NCBI GenBank assembly: GCA_949288415.1
Contig: CASEKE010000010.1
Location: 1,979 to 65,978 of the forward strand
Source: an uncultured Spirochaetales bacterium
GTDB lineage: Bacteria > Spirochaetota > Spirochaetia > Sphaerochaetales > Sphaerochaetaceae
Direction: 5' to 3'
Length of the DNA stretch: 64,000 nucleotides
In this document: positions 42,687 to 51,827 of the stretch, piece after piece
Layout of the letters: every line of letters starts with the position of its first letter
Position numbering within the stretch: position 1 is the stretch's first letter
The notes under the pieces: model-generated
What the model was told of the DNA's origin: nothing
Databases searched by the model: none
Seen by the model: only the letters and a program-made list of their open reading frames with translations
Translations under genes and position numbers: made by a program

Positions 42687-44043
42687 TCTCTTCCTCTCCG
42701 AAGTACTCCTTGAGTTTCCTGTGAAGCGTCTTGCGACCGATGTCGAGCATGTCCGCGGCCTTTGTCTTGTTGCCACCGCAGAAGGCTATCGAGGCCAGGA
42801 TGATCTTCTTCTCGGCGTCCTGCATCGTCGTCGGGAAGTCGATGCTTATCGAGCTGTCCTTCTCTCCCTTCGAAATCTGCGGAGGAAGGTCCTCGAGTTG
42901 AATTATGTTGCCTTTGGCAAGGACGACGGAGCTCTCGATCGTGTTCTTCAGTTCCCTTATGTTGCCCGGCCACGAATAAGCCATCAGAGCCTTACGCGCC
43001 GCAGGACTTATCCCCTGGATTGTCCTTCCGTCCTCCTTGTTGAACTCCTTAAGGAAATCGATGGTAAGAAGCTCGATGTCTTCCTTTCTCTCTCTGAGAG
43101 GCGGAACCTCGATATGGACGACGTTGAGACGGTAGTACAGATCCTCCCTGAATCGACCGTTTCTGACCTCATCCTGAAGATTCCTGTTCGTCGCCGCAAT
43201 GACGCGCACGTCCACACTGACCGTCTTCTCTCCGCCGACACGCTCGAACTCCCTCTCCTGGAGCACGCGGAGTATCTTGACCTGCGTAGTAAGGTCTATC
43301 TCCCCTATCTCGTCCAGGAATATCGTTCCGCCGTCCGCAAGTTCGAACCGTCCCTTCTTCTGTGAGACAGCACCGGTGAATGCCCCTTTCTCGTGCCCGA
43401 ATAACTCGCTCTCCAGAAGCGTCGGTGAAAGGGACGCACAATGTACCTTCACGAAGGGTTTGTCCTTGCGATTCGATAGATTTACGACAGCGTTGGCGAC
43501 AAGTTCCTTGCCGGTTCCGCTCTCTCCCGTTATGAGAACGCTTGCCCTGGACTGGGCGACCTGCTCTATCGTCTGCATCATCTGGGCGACCTTACCGCTT
43601 TTTCCGATGATGCGCGAATACTCCTGTTGCTTCTTGAGCTTGTCTATCTCCTCCGAAAGCTTTCTGTTCTGCTCCTGAAGCATGCTTGCGGAGATGGACT
43701 TCTTGACGACGAGGAGAAGTTTGTCGAGATCGACCGGCTTGGTGAAGAAATCGACTGCTCCGTCCCTCATTGTCTCTACCGCGGTCTCGATGGTCCCATG
43801 GCCTGTGAGCACGATGACTGGAAGCGTCGGATATGCGGCACTTATCTTCTTCAGAAGCTCGTAGCCATCCATTCCCGGCATCCTGAGGTCGGTTATCACC
43901 AGATCGATGCTGTTCTTGTTTATCGCATTCCAGGCATCCAGTCCGTTCTCGGCGGTCATTACATCATAGCCTTCGTCTTCGAAGGCGAGCTTTAGTCCCT
44001 TGAGGATGTTTATCTCGTCGTCGGCAATGAGCAGAGTGGCCAA
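42679..44043 (-). CDS. Sigma-54-dependent response regulator (NtrC family enhancer-binding protein)
   Basis: The likely start is TTG 44043 (GGGAGGA RBS, 1 nt after the kinase stop). REC domain (LLIADDE...ITDLRMPGMDG), AAA+ with GAFTGA, and a C-terminal Fis-type HTH. Confidence 0.9.
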   Translation of the reverse strand: MATLLIADDEINILKGLKLAFEDEGYDVMTAENGLDAWNAINKNSIDLVITDLRMPGMDGYELLKKISAAYPTLPVIVLTGHGTIETAVETMRDGAVDFFTKPVDLDKLLLVVKKSISASMLQEQNRKLSEEIDKLKKQQEYSRIIGKSGKVAQMMQTIEQVAQSRASVLITGESGTGKELVANAVVNLSNRKDKPFVKVHCASLSPTLLESELFGHEKGAFTGAVSQKKGRFELADGGTIFLDEIGEIDLTTQVKILRVLQEREFERVGGEKTVSVDVRVIAATNRNLQDEVRNGRFREDLYYRLNVVHIEVPPLRERKEDIELLTIDFLKEFNKEDGRTIQGISPAARKALMAYSWPGNIRELKNTIESSVVLAKGNIIQLEDLPPQISKGEKDSSISIDFPTTMQDAEKKIILASIAFCGGNKTKAADMLDIGRKTLHRKLKEYFGEEENE

Positions 44044-44044
44044 T

Positions 44045-45220
44045 TCAATCCTCCCTTCCGGTCCCAGCAAGGACCTTTCTTTCGCTTGTAGGAATCGGCA
44101 GCTTGATCGTGAACTTGGTTCCGACCCCTTCCTTGCTGTCGAGAGAAATCTCTCCGGAATGGGCATTTACTATCTTCAGAACCGCCGTGAGGCCGAGTCC
44201 GGTTCCCTTCTCGTTCTTCGTCGTGTAGTACGGTTCGAACACGCGCTTCTGCAGCTCTTCCGACATTCCGACCCCGTTGTCCTCGACAGTGAGCTTCACG
44301 TAGTTGCCATCGCATGCAGTAGCAAGCATCAGCACTCCTCCGTCCTTCATCGCATAGAAGCTGTTGTTGACGAGGTTGAGCAGTGCGCGTCGCATAAGCT
44401 TCCGGTCGATCATGAGATTCGGGAGAAACTTCTCCAGATGCAGATCGATCCTTATGTTCTTGCTGGCTGCCTCGACGGCCACGAAGTCGCTGAGCTCGAG
44501 CACAGTATCGTTCAGACTATCCATCTTGAGCCTGACATCCATCGGCTTGACTGCAAACAGGAAGTCGACCGCGATGTCGTTAAGCCTCTCGGTCTCCTGC
44601 TCGATTATGTCGATGAACTCTTCGGCCTTGTCCAGATTCTTTCCGCTCTTGATGGCCTTTCGGAGAAGGGATGTGTATATCTTCATGGCTGCAAGAGGGT
44701 TCTTTATCTCATGCGCGACTCCGGCCGCCATTGTCGTCATCGAAGCAAGCGTTTCCGTACTTCTGAGCTTCATCTCCTTCTTGAGTTCCGCGCTGATGTC
44801 CCTGAGCCGGATGTCCATGTATTCCCTGTCCGAGAGCATGAAAGGGAAGAAGGAGAACCTGATCGTCTTTATCTCCCCTTCGCCGAAAGAGAAATCCCTG
44901 TCGCTGAGGCTCTCCTCGCCACTTATCACCTTCGAGAACCAGTTGCGTATGTCGCTGTCCTTTATGCCGTCCAGGACGTTCCTTCCCTGGGAGCAAAAAA
45001 GACTCTGCCTCGGAAGCAGCTTGGCTATGGTCCGGTTCGCAAGGACGATGGTCCCTGTTCCTTTCTCTATTATTATGTGCCCGTCCTCGACCCTGTCGAA
45101 GGCCTCGAGAAGAAGATCGTAATCATCCAAAGCTCCGGAGACTATCTCCTGGAACTGGTTGTACTCTATGACCTTGCCGTCCTGCATTATCTTCTTCAAT
45201 AGCTTCATGGACATATTCAT
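44045..45220 (-). CDS. Cytoplasmic PAS-domain sensor histidine kinase
   Basis: No TM segments. PAS-like N-terminal half, H-box AAGVAHEIKNPL, and HATPase N and G boxes (NLVNNSFYAM, DNGVGM, GTGLGL). Confidence 0.9.
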   Translation of the reverse strand: MNMSMKLLKKIMQDGKVIEYNQFQEIVSGALDDYDLLLEAFDRVEDGHIIIEKGTGTIVLANRTIAKLLPRQSLFCSQGRNVLDGIKDSDIRNWFSKVISGEESLSDRDFSFGEGEIKTIRFSFFPFMLSDREYMDIRLRDISAELKKEMKLRSTETLASMTTMAAGVAHEIKNPLAAMKIYTSLLRKAIKSGKNLDKAEEFIDIIEQETERLNDIAVDFLFAVKPMDVRLKMDSLNDTVLELSDFVAVEAASKNIRIDLHLEKFLPNLMIDRKLMRRALLNLVNNSFYAMKDGGVLMLATACDGNYVKLTVEDNGVGMSEELQKRVFEPYYTTKNEKGTGLGLTAVLKIVNAHSGEISLDSKEGVGTKFTIKLPIPTSERKVLAGTGRED

Positions 45221-46344
45221 GCCTCCCTGAGGGCAAGGTCCAGCCCTACCCTCGCATTCTGGTTGTAGACCTCGAAGGCGATCGTCATCCGTGAAAGAAG
45301 CTTCATGCGCCTCTGCGTCTCGTACGCGCTCAGACGTCCGCTTTCGTATGCTTTCTCAAGTCCTTTCGAAACAAGGGAAAGAAAATAATCGAGTCCTCTG
45401 GTCCTGTCCAGCGGCAAGAGGATCGCATTCAACTTTCCCGCATCAGCACCGGCTCCGGAAATCATCAGCTCCAGATACTCCTCCGCAGACTTCGCGAGCG
45501 TCTGCCGATCCTCCGGGCTGAACATCTTCTCGTAGAAGAACTCGTCCATCCCGTCGTAATCCTTTTCCGTAAGGAATCTTTCCTTCAGGCAGGAATTCAG
45601 GTGTTCCTTCGTCGGAGCCGGGAATGAGAACTTTCTCACTCGGGAGAGTATCGTCGGGATGATCCGCTGTGGATTCTCGCTCAGCAGGATGAAGTACGCA
45701 CCTTTCGGAGGTTCCTCGAGAACCTTCAGCAACGCGTTTCGCCCGGCATCCGTACTCTGCTCGACATTCTCGAGAATTATGAACTTGAGCTTCTCTCCTA
45801 CGGCGACGTAGCTCTGCACGAAGCGTATGTCGTCCACGCTTATGCCGCCTTTCTTCCTTCCTTTGTATAAGAATTCATCCTTTGAGACTATGTCCATCAT
45901 CTTCTCCGCCAGAGGAAGGAAATGCCTGTCCTCGACGGATAGCGCCGCGAAATCCATCAGCATCGCATCCAGATCGCCGGCTCTCTCGAATATCCTGTCC
46001 TTCTGGTCCCGTCCCTGGCTCTGGAGCGCAGGATGGTACTGCATCATCACGATGCGGACGTTCTCGATGAAGAAATAACGATATCGGTCGCATGGATGCT
46101 CGCTGAGCATGCGATAGGACGCCCTTAGAGGAGGTTCCAGATTCCTCTCGGGAAGGAATACGACATTGTCCGCGCTCAACGTCCTGCGGTTATCCGCGTC
46201 TCCGGACATGGCGAAGGCCAGATCGAGCGCCGTCGTCAGCCTGCCCGAGTACCTCGGACCGGCAAATAGAAGTGCCTGCGGAAGCTTGCCGGCATTCATC
46301 GCCGCCGTTATCTCCTCAACCGTCCTTGCAGAGGCAAGATGCAC
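45217..46344 (-). CDS. holB: DNA polymerase III delta-prime-like clamp-loader subunit
   Basis: LPQALLFAGPRYSGR (degenerate P-loop), sensor region NALLKVLEEPP and SRV motif. GTG start overlaps the cvpA stop. 375 aa. Confidence 0.65.
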   Translation of the reverse strand: MHLASARTVEEITAAMNAGKLPQALLFAGPRYSGRLTTALDLAFAMSGDADNRRTLSADNVVFLPERNLEPPLRASYRMLSEHPCDRYRYFFIENVRIVMMQYHPALQSQGRDQKDRIFERAGDLDAMLMDFAALSVEDRHFLPLAEKMMDIVSKDEFLYKGRKKGGISVDDIRFVQSYVAVGEKLKFIILENVEQSTDAGRNALLKVLEEPPKGAYFILLSENPQRIIPTILSRVRKFSFPAPTKEHLNSCLKERFLTEKDYDGMDEFFYEKMFSPEDRQTLAKSAEEYLELMISGAGADAGKLNAILLPLDRTRGLDYFLSLVSKGLEKAYESGRLSAYETQRRMKLLSRMTIAFEVYNQNARVGLDLALREA

Positions 46345-46856
46345 TAGAACGCCTCCTTGACCATCGAGAGAGTACCGGCGTAGAACGGCCGTATGACATG
46401 CACGACCAGCCAGGAAGCGTCGAGATGGCGCTGAAGGCCTTCGAAGAACGAGAAATTATCTATCACGGCGCAGATGAGTCCGATCACGATCAGCACGAGA
46501 CAAAGTGAAAAGAGCCCTCCAAGCGTACGGTCGAGCGCATTGAGTCCCACCTCCTCGAGGAAGGAAGCGAATATGGATGCAAGCAGCCGTACGACGAGGT
46601 ATGTTCCCCCCATCAGTATTATCACCGAAACCACCGATGACCACAACGGCGGCAATATGCTGTTCTCGATGAACAGCGAAGCAAGAGGTTTGTTGAAGAA
46701 ATACACCGCAAAATATCCGAGAATGAGCCCCGGAAGCCATGCGATACTCTTTATTATTCCTTTCATTATCCCTGCGAAAAGCGATGCAAGGATCACAACT
46801 GCCAATATTATATCGAGCACTGATATGCCCAGGTTTTCAAACAAGAATGCAGGCAT
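46344..46856 (-). CDS. cvpA: CvpA-family membrane protein
   Basis: 170 aa with 4 TM helices. N-terminal VLDIILAVVILASLFAGIMKG is typical of CvpA. Confidence 0.8.
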   Translation of the reverse strand: MPAFLFENLGISVLDIILAVVILASLFAGIMKGIIKSIAWLPGLILGYFAVYFFNKPLASLFIENSILPPLWSSVVSVIILMGGTYLVVRLLASIFASFLEEVGLNALDRTLGGLFSLCLVLIVIGLICAVIDNFSFFEGLQRHLDASWLVVHVIRPFYAGTLSMVKEAF

Positions 46857-46992
46857 CTGTCCTTCCTAACGTAGGCCACAAGGCCTTTCAAGATATCTAT
46901 GAATATAGCATAAATCGCGGGAATTGAAACATCTTAAATCCAATTGGACCTTCCTTATATTCATTTTGGCGATATTTTATTATCATCATTGT

Positions 46993-49707
46993 ATGGGAAA
47001 TTTTCTTAGCGCCCTCTTCGGAGGGACAAAGCATGACAAGGACATGAGGCATCTCGAGCCGATCATTCGGGCCATTAACGCCGAGGAGGATTGGGCAAAG
47101 AGCCTGTCGAAAGAGGAATTCCAGGCCACGACCGGGATGTGGAAAAAGGAAGTCGGTGAGGGAAAGAGCCTCGATGCTCTTCTGCCCAAGGCGTTTGCGC
47201 TTGCCCGCGAGGCGGCATGGCGATGTCTCGGAGAAAGGCACTACGACGTGCAGCTGATGGGTGCCGTGACGCTCCATGAAGGAAAGATCATGGAACTCAA
47301 GACCGGCGAAGGAAAGACCCTTGCCTGCGTTCCGGCAGCCTACCTCAACGCACTGGAAGGAAAGGGCGTCCACATAGTCACCGTAAACGACTATCTTGCA
47401 AAGCGCGACGCGGAATGGATGCGTCCCGTATATGAATACCTCGGGCTCACAGTCGGCGTGATAACATCCGACCTCGACGGGGCAAGGAAGCGCGACGCAT
47501 ATTCGAAGGACGTCACATACGGAACGAACAACGAATTCGGCTTCGACTATCTTAGGGACAACATGAAGATGAGCTTCGCCGAGAAGATACAGCCGAAGCA
47601 TCATTACTGTATAATCGACGAAATCGACAGCATCCTCATCGACGAGGCGAGGACGCCACTCATCATCTCCGGACAGGGCGAGGACGATACGCCCCGCGTA
47701 CGGGCAGCCGAATCCATCGTCCCGCTTCTCAAGGAATGCGAGAAGAATCCGGAAACCGGCGAATACTACGAGATGACCGAGATGCAGAAGCTGGACAGGG
47801 AATTCGCACTTTCATTCGACGAGAAAGGTGACTACAAGCTCGACGAGAAGAGCAAGCGCGTCACATTCACAAAACAGGGCATGACCCACATGGAGGAGCT
47901 TCTCAGGAAGACCGGCGCCCTCGTTTCTTCCGTCGACGACGAAGGCAATACCGTATACTCGCTCTACGACGGCGAGAACTTCGAGCTCGTGCACTATGTC
48001 ACGCAGGCCGTAAGGGCGCACAGACTGTTCGAGAAGGACGTCGACTACCTTGTGAAGGATGGTGAAGTCCAGATCGTCGACGAATTCACAGGGCGTGTAC
48101 TGCCTGGAAGAAGGTACTCCGACGGATTGCATCAGGCCATCGAGGCCAAGGAAAACGTCAAGGTGCTCGGCCAGAGCAAGACGTTTGCGACCATCACATT
48201 CCAGAATTTCTTCAGGATGTACGACAAGCTTTCAGGAATGACAGGAACCGCCGACACCGAGGCTGCGGAATTCAACGAGATATACAATCTCGATGTCGTG
48301 GTCATCCCGACCAACCGTCCGGTCATCCGAAAGGATCTCAAGGATCTCGTGTACTACGACGAGAAGGCAAAGTTCCATGCAATAGCCGAGGATGTAAAGA
48401 GAATACATGCCACAGGCCAGCCGATACTGATCGGAACGGTATCCATCGAGAAATCCGAAGCGCTGTCCGCACTGCTGAGAAGGGAGGGCATAAAGCACGA
48501 GGTCCTCAATGCGAAGAACCATGCCCGTGAGGCCTTCATCATCGGAGAGGCGGGAATGAAGGGCGCAGTGACGATCGCTACAAACATGGCCGGACGAGGA
48601 ACGGACATAAAGCTCGGAGGAAGCCCCGAGCATCTTGCGTGGAAGAAATGCGGAACGAATGCTACTCCGGAAGAGTTCAGGAAGGCTCTCGAGGAGATAA
48701 TGCCCGAGTTCAAAAAGGCGCAGGAGGAGGTCAAGGCGCTCGGAGGACTCTATATCATCGGCTCCGAAAGGCACGAGTCTAGGAGAATCGACAACCAGCT
48801 CAGAGGAAGATCAGGTCGGCAAGGCGATCCCGGTACCAGCCGATTCTACGTATCCCTCACCGACCCTCTCATGCGTCTTTTCGCAAAGGAAGGCCTTAGG
48901 GAGATGATCGGCAGACTTGGTCTCAACGACGGATCCGCCATCGAGCACAAGATGCTCGATAATGCTATAGAGAAGGCCCAGGAAAGAGTCGAGATGAGGA
49001 ACTTCGAGATCAGAAAGCACCTGTTGGATTACGACAACGTGCTCAACGACCAGAGGAACTACATCTATGCCGAACGTGACAAGATTCTCCTCGACGAGGA
49101 TCTCAGCACAAGGGTTCTCGGAAACATTCGCGACCTGCTCGACTACTTCAAGCAGGAGAGCAATGGAGACTCGGATGCTTACGTGAAGGCTATCAACGAC
49201 TTTTTCAACCTTCGCGACGGCGAGGTCACCTCAGAGAATGCCTTCGACAGGATTCGGGACAACATTCTTGCAAAAGAAGCGAAAGTCACGAAGCCGGAGT
49301 TCAACAAATACATACGCTGGGTTTATCTCAGGAACATCGACAAGCGATGGATCGACCATCTCGATGCGCTGGAGGAACTGAAAGACTCGGCAAGCCTGAT
49401 GAGCTATGCGCAGAAGAACCCGCTCATAGAGTACAAGAACACTGCGAGCGATGCGTTCAACGATATGATCGGCGACATCAGCGATGCCGTATGCAAGAAC
49501 ATTGTGATGGTGAGGATCATGACGGAGCGCGAGAGGAAGGAGAGAATCCTCACCGCAAGCCACCGTTCGCCAGCCTCTGCAGTCGCCTCGAGAAACGAAA
49601 GCGAGAACGTCCAGGTGGTCAGAGCCACTCCGAAGGTAGGAAGGAACGATCCCTGCCCATGCGGAAGCGGAAAGAAGTACAAGCACTGCTGCGGGCGAAA
49701 TGCCTGA
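46993..49707 (+). CDS. secA: Preprotein translocase ATPase SecA
   Basis: Start at ATG 46993 ([11 protein letters not shown]). Motifs [10 protein letters not shown], a DEAD-like [20 protein letters not shown] and a C-terminal zinc motif [14 protein letters not shown]. Confidence 0.97.
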   Translation: MGNFLSALFGGTKHDKDMRHLEPIIRAINAEEDWAKSLSKEEFQATTGMWKKEVGEGKSLDALLPKAFALAREAAWRCLGERHYDVQLMGAVTLHEGKIMELKTGEGKTLACVPAAYLNALEGKGVHIVTVNDYLAKRDAEWMRPVYEYLGLTVGVITSDLDGARKRDAYSKDVTYGTNNEFGFDYLRDNMKMSFAEKIQPKHHYCIIDEIDSILIDEARTPLIISGQGEDDTPRVRAAESIVPLLKECEKNPETGEYYEMTEMQKLDREFALSFDEKGDYKLDEKSKRVTFTKQGMTHMEELLRKTGALVSSVDDEGNTVYSLYDGENFELVHYVTQAVRAHRLFEKDVDYLVKDGEVQIVDEFTGRVLPGRRYSDGLHQAIEAKENVKVLGQSKTFATITFQNFFRMYDKLSGMTGTADTEAAEFNEIYNLDVVVIPTNRPVIRKDLKDLVYYDEKAKFHAIAEDVKRIHATGQPILIGTVSIEKSEALSALLRREGIKHEVLNAKNHAREAFIIGEAGMKGAVTIATNMAGRGTDIKLGGSPEHLAWKKCGTNATPEEFRKALEEIMPEFKKAQEEVKALGGLYIIGSERHESRRIDNQLRGRSGRQGDPGTSRFYVSLTDPLMRLFAKEGLREMIGRLGLNDGSAIEHKMLDNAIEKAQERVEMRNFEIRKHLLDYDNVLNDQRNYIYAERDKILLDEDLSTRVLGNIRDLLDYFKQESNGDSDAYVKAINDFFNLRDGEVTSENAFDRIRDNILAKEAKVTKPEFNKYIRWVYLRNIDKRWIDHLDALEELKDSASLMSYAQKNPLIEYKNTASDAFNDMIGDISDAVCKNIVMVRIMTERERKERILTASHRSPASAVASRNESENVQVVRATPKVGRNDPCPCGSGKKYKHCCGRNA

Positions 49708-49724
49708 GCGGTGGAAAGACAGAG

Positions 49725-49755
49725 AAAAAGCACCGATTCCGGTGCTTTTTCTTTT
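49725..49755. terminator. Bidirectional terminator between secA and the LysM/M23 gene
   Basis: A5, stem AGCACCG, loop ATTC, CGGTGCT, then T-rich run. Confidence 0.8.
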
Positions 49756-49764
49756 CCGTGTATC

Positions 49765-50775
49765 CTACAGAAACAGCATAGGGTCGAGCTTCAACGCGCC
49801 CTGCTCGAGCTTGAAGAACAAGCACGGAGAGCCGAAGTACCGGCTGCTGGTGCCGACGGATCCTATGAGTGACCCCTCCTCCACCGTCTGCCCGAGTCTG
49901 ACCAGCACAGTCTCCAGACAGTAGTAATAGCTCTTGTAGCCGTTGTCGTGCATCACAGTCACAAACCGGCCGAGCTCGGAGTCGTTTCCTACATCGGTGA
50001 CGAAGCCCTTCGAGACCGACTTCACGGCCTCGCCCGGAGCCATCTCGATCGCGACACCGTCGAGTTTCCTGTCGTTGTACAGCTCGCCGAACGAATACTT
50101 GACGGCACCCTCGCAAGGGCGAAGGAAAATCTTGTCGTCAGTCTCGCTCTCGGGAACATCGGGGGACGGAACAAAGATCTTCATTCCAGCCTTGATCGTC
50201 TCGCTCTCGAGACCGTTCACCGCCATGAGCTCCTTGTAGTTCAAAGAGGGGTTGTACTTTCTTATTATCTGGGAAAGCATATCCCCTTCCTTCACTTCGT
50301 ACAGCTGTCCGTCCACAGGCGGAATCTGGAGGATCGAACCTGCGGCAAGCGAGGTCTGGTCCGTTATGGAATTGACGCTCGCTATCGTCTCCGGCTCAAG
50401 GGAGAAGCTTCTTGCTATGCTGCTGAGCGTATCGCCCCGCTGAACGGTATATTTTCTGAACGCGTGGAAGAGAACGCCATCGCCGGAGGAGTTATCTGCA
50501 GTCTCGCTCTCTGCCACCTCTGCATCTGGTTCCGTCTTCTCGACAGGAGCGACGACGACTTCCTCTACGGCAGGGACGACGACGCCTATCGATGTATCAG
50601 TACGGACAACCCTCTCCTCCTGCAAAGGGATCTCCTCTGCGGGCTTGAAGGCGATGTATATGATAAAACAGATGACAACAACAAGGACGACACAAAGGGC
50701 CACAAGAATGTTTTTTCTTTTGCTGTTACTGCCCTTGAAAGTCGACGGCATGTCATCGTAGCTATTGCGGCCCAT
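49765..50775 (-). CDS. LysM-domain protein with degenerate M23 (LytM) domain
   Basis: N-terminal TM anchor and two LysM repeats (YTVQRGDTLSSIA, YEVKEGDMLSQII). The C-terminal M23 fold is present, but the HxxxD and HxH positions read LDGVA, YYCL and PCLFF. Confidence 0.8.
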   Translation of the reverse strand: MGRNSYDDMPSTFKGSNSKRKNILVALCVVLVVVICFIIYIAFKPAEEIPLQEERVVRTDTSIGVVVPAVEEVVVAPVEKTEPDAEVAESETADNSSGDGVLFHAFRKYTVQRGDTLSSIARSFSLEPETIASVNSITDQTSLAAGSILQIPPVDGQLYEVKEGDMLSQIIRKYNPSLNYKELMAVNGLESETIKAGMKIFVPSPDVPESETDDKIFLRPCEGAVKYSFGELYNDRKLDGVAIEMAPGEAVKSVSKGFVTDVGNDSELGRFVTVMHDNGYKSYYYCLETVLVRLGQTVEEGSLIGSVGTSSRYFGSPCLFFKLEQGALKLDPMLFL

Positions 50776-50816
50776 ATCCTTGATAATCCTTTAGTCAGAT
50801 TATATTATAAAGGCAT

Positions 50817-51827
50817 ATGAAAAGGAAGAGGAAACCTAAAGATCAGCGCACAACTGTGATACTGATTCTTCTAGTTCTTGCGGCCATTCTGGTCCGTCTT
50901 CTGATTATATATGTATCGGAGGGAATACTATACAGCAAGTACAATGATCCTGCGATCGAAGGGGAATACTATAGAGGAACGATCTACGACTCCAAGGGGA
51001 ACCTGCTTGCGCTCGACGTTCCGCGCTACAACCTCGTCCTGGATGCCGGAAGTATCACTAATCCGGCACGTCTCAGCTCGCTCATAGCCGACTACACGAC
51101 ATTGTCGGCAATACAGATAGAGGATATGCTGATGAAATCCGATGGCGTTCTGGTCCTGGAGAGCACACTAGGAAACGACGGGCTTGAGGAATTCAGGTCG
51201 CTGCTGAAAAAGAACGACGTATCCGATCTCGTGCAAATCGAAAAGTCCTTGGAAAGGGTCTATCCGACCGGAGAGCACGGGGCGCTGCTCATAGGAAGAC
51301 TGAAGGACACTGTAGGAGCATATGGAGCAGAGAAAATCTTCGAGGAACGGCTCGAGTACCCGCTTGTCTTCACGGGCGGTATAATAAAGGGAGAAGACGT
51401 CACGCTGGCCTTCGAGCTGGAGATGCAGTATGCAATTGACACTGTCATACAGACCAGGATGCGAAACAATCCCGGAAGCCTTCTTATGATGGCAGTCGTG
51501 GAGGAGGACACCGGATGCATCCTTGCCCTCGGACTCAACCCACGTTCGACAGATTTCGACTACTTTGCGATCATAGACGAGGCGCTGGGCTTTCCGTCGA
51601 CGCTCGAAGAGAGAAGCGAGACCTTCGCGGCAGAGGGAAAAAGCATTTTCCCATACAAAGGAGGAACCGTCGTCGCTGACAGGACAGACGGCCTGCTGCT
51701 GCTTGCGCTGTCCCAGAACGAGGAAAGCTCCAGGAGCTGCATATCGCTTCTCCGGAGCCTTCTGTCCTCAAGGGGCTACATCAAACCTGGGAACCAGAAC
51801 GTCCCATATCAAGACCAAGCGATCTGA
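50817..51827 (+). CDS. Class-B penicillin-binding-protein-like protein, truncated (dimerisation domain only)
   Basis: TM anchor and PBP-dimer motifs RGTIYDSKGNLLA, RVYPTGEHGALLIG, GAYGAEKIFEERL and EDTGCILAL. The expected SxxK reads STLE, and the ORF ends about 75 aa later without SxN or KTG. Confidence 0.7.
   Translation: MKRKRKPKDQRTTVILILLVLAAILVRLLIIYVSEGILYSKYNDPAIEGEYYRGTIYDSKGNLLALDVPRYNLVLDAGSITNPARLSSLIADYTTLSAIQIEDMLMKSDGVLVLESTLGNDGLEEFRSLLKKNDVSDLVQIEKSLERVYPTGEHGALLIGRLKDTVGAYGAEKIFEERLEYPLVFTGGIIKGEDVTLAFELEMQYAIDTVIQTRMRNNPGSLLMMAVVEEDTGCILALGLNPRSTDFDYFAIIDEALGFPSTLEERSETFAAEGKSIFPYKGGTVVADRTDGLLLLALSQNEESSRSCISLLRSLLSSRGYIKPGNQNVPYQDQAI

Noticed and set aside
44044-44166. 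Longer ATG-initiated version of the response-regulator ORF (start 44166)
   Set aside because: The extra 41 codons overlap the 3' end of the kinase gene and precede the REC domain. A TTG at 44043 with a GGGAGGA RBS, 1 nt after the kinase stop, fits the domain boundary better.
46897-47604. 235-aa minus-strand ORF spanning the secA 5' region
   Set aside because: It is antisense to the highly conserved N-terminus of SecA, has no RBS and has no recognisable motifs. It is the same codon-bias artefact.
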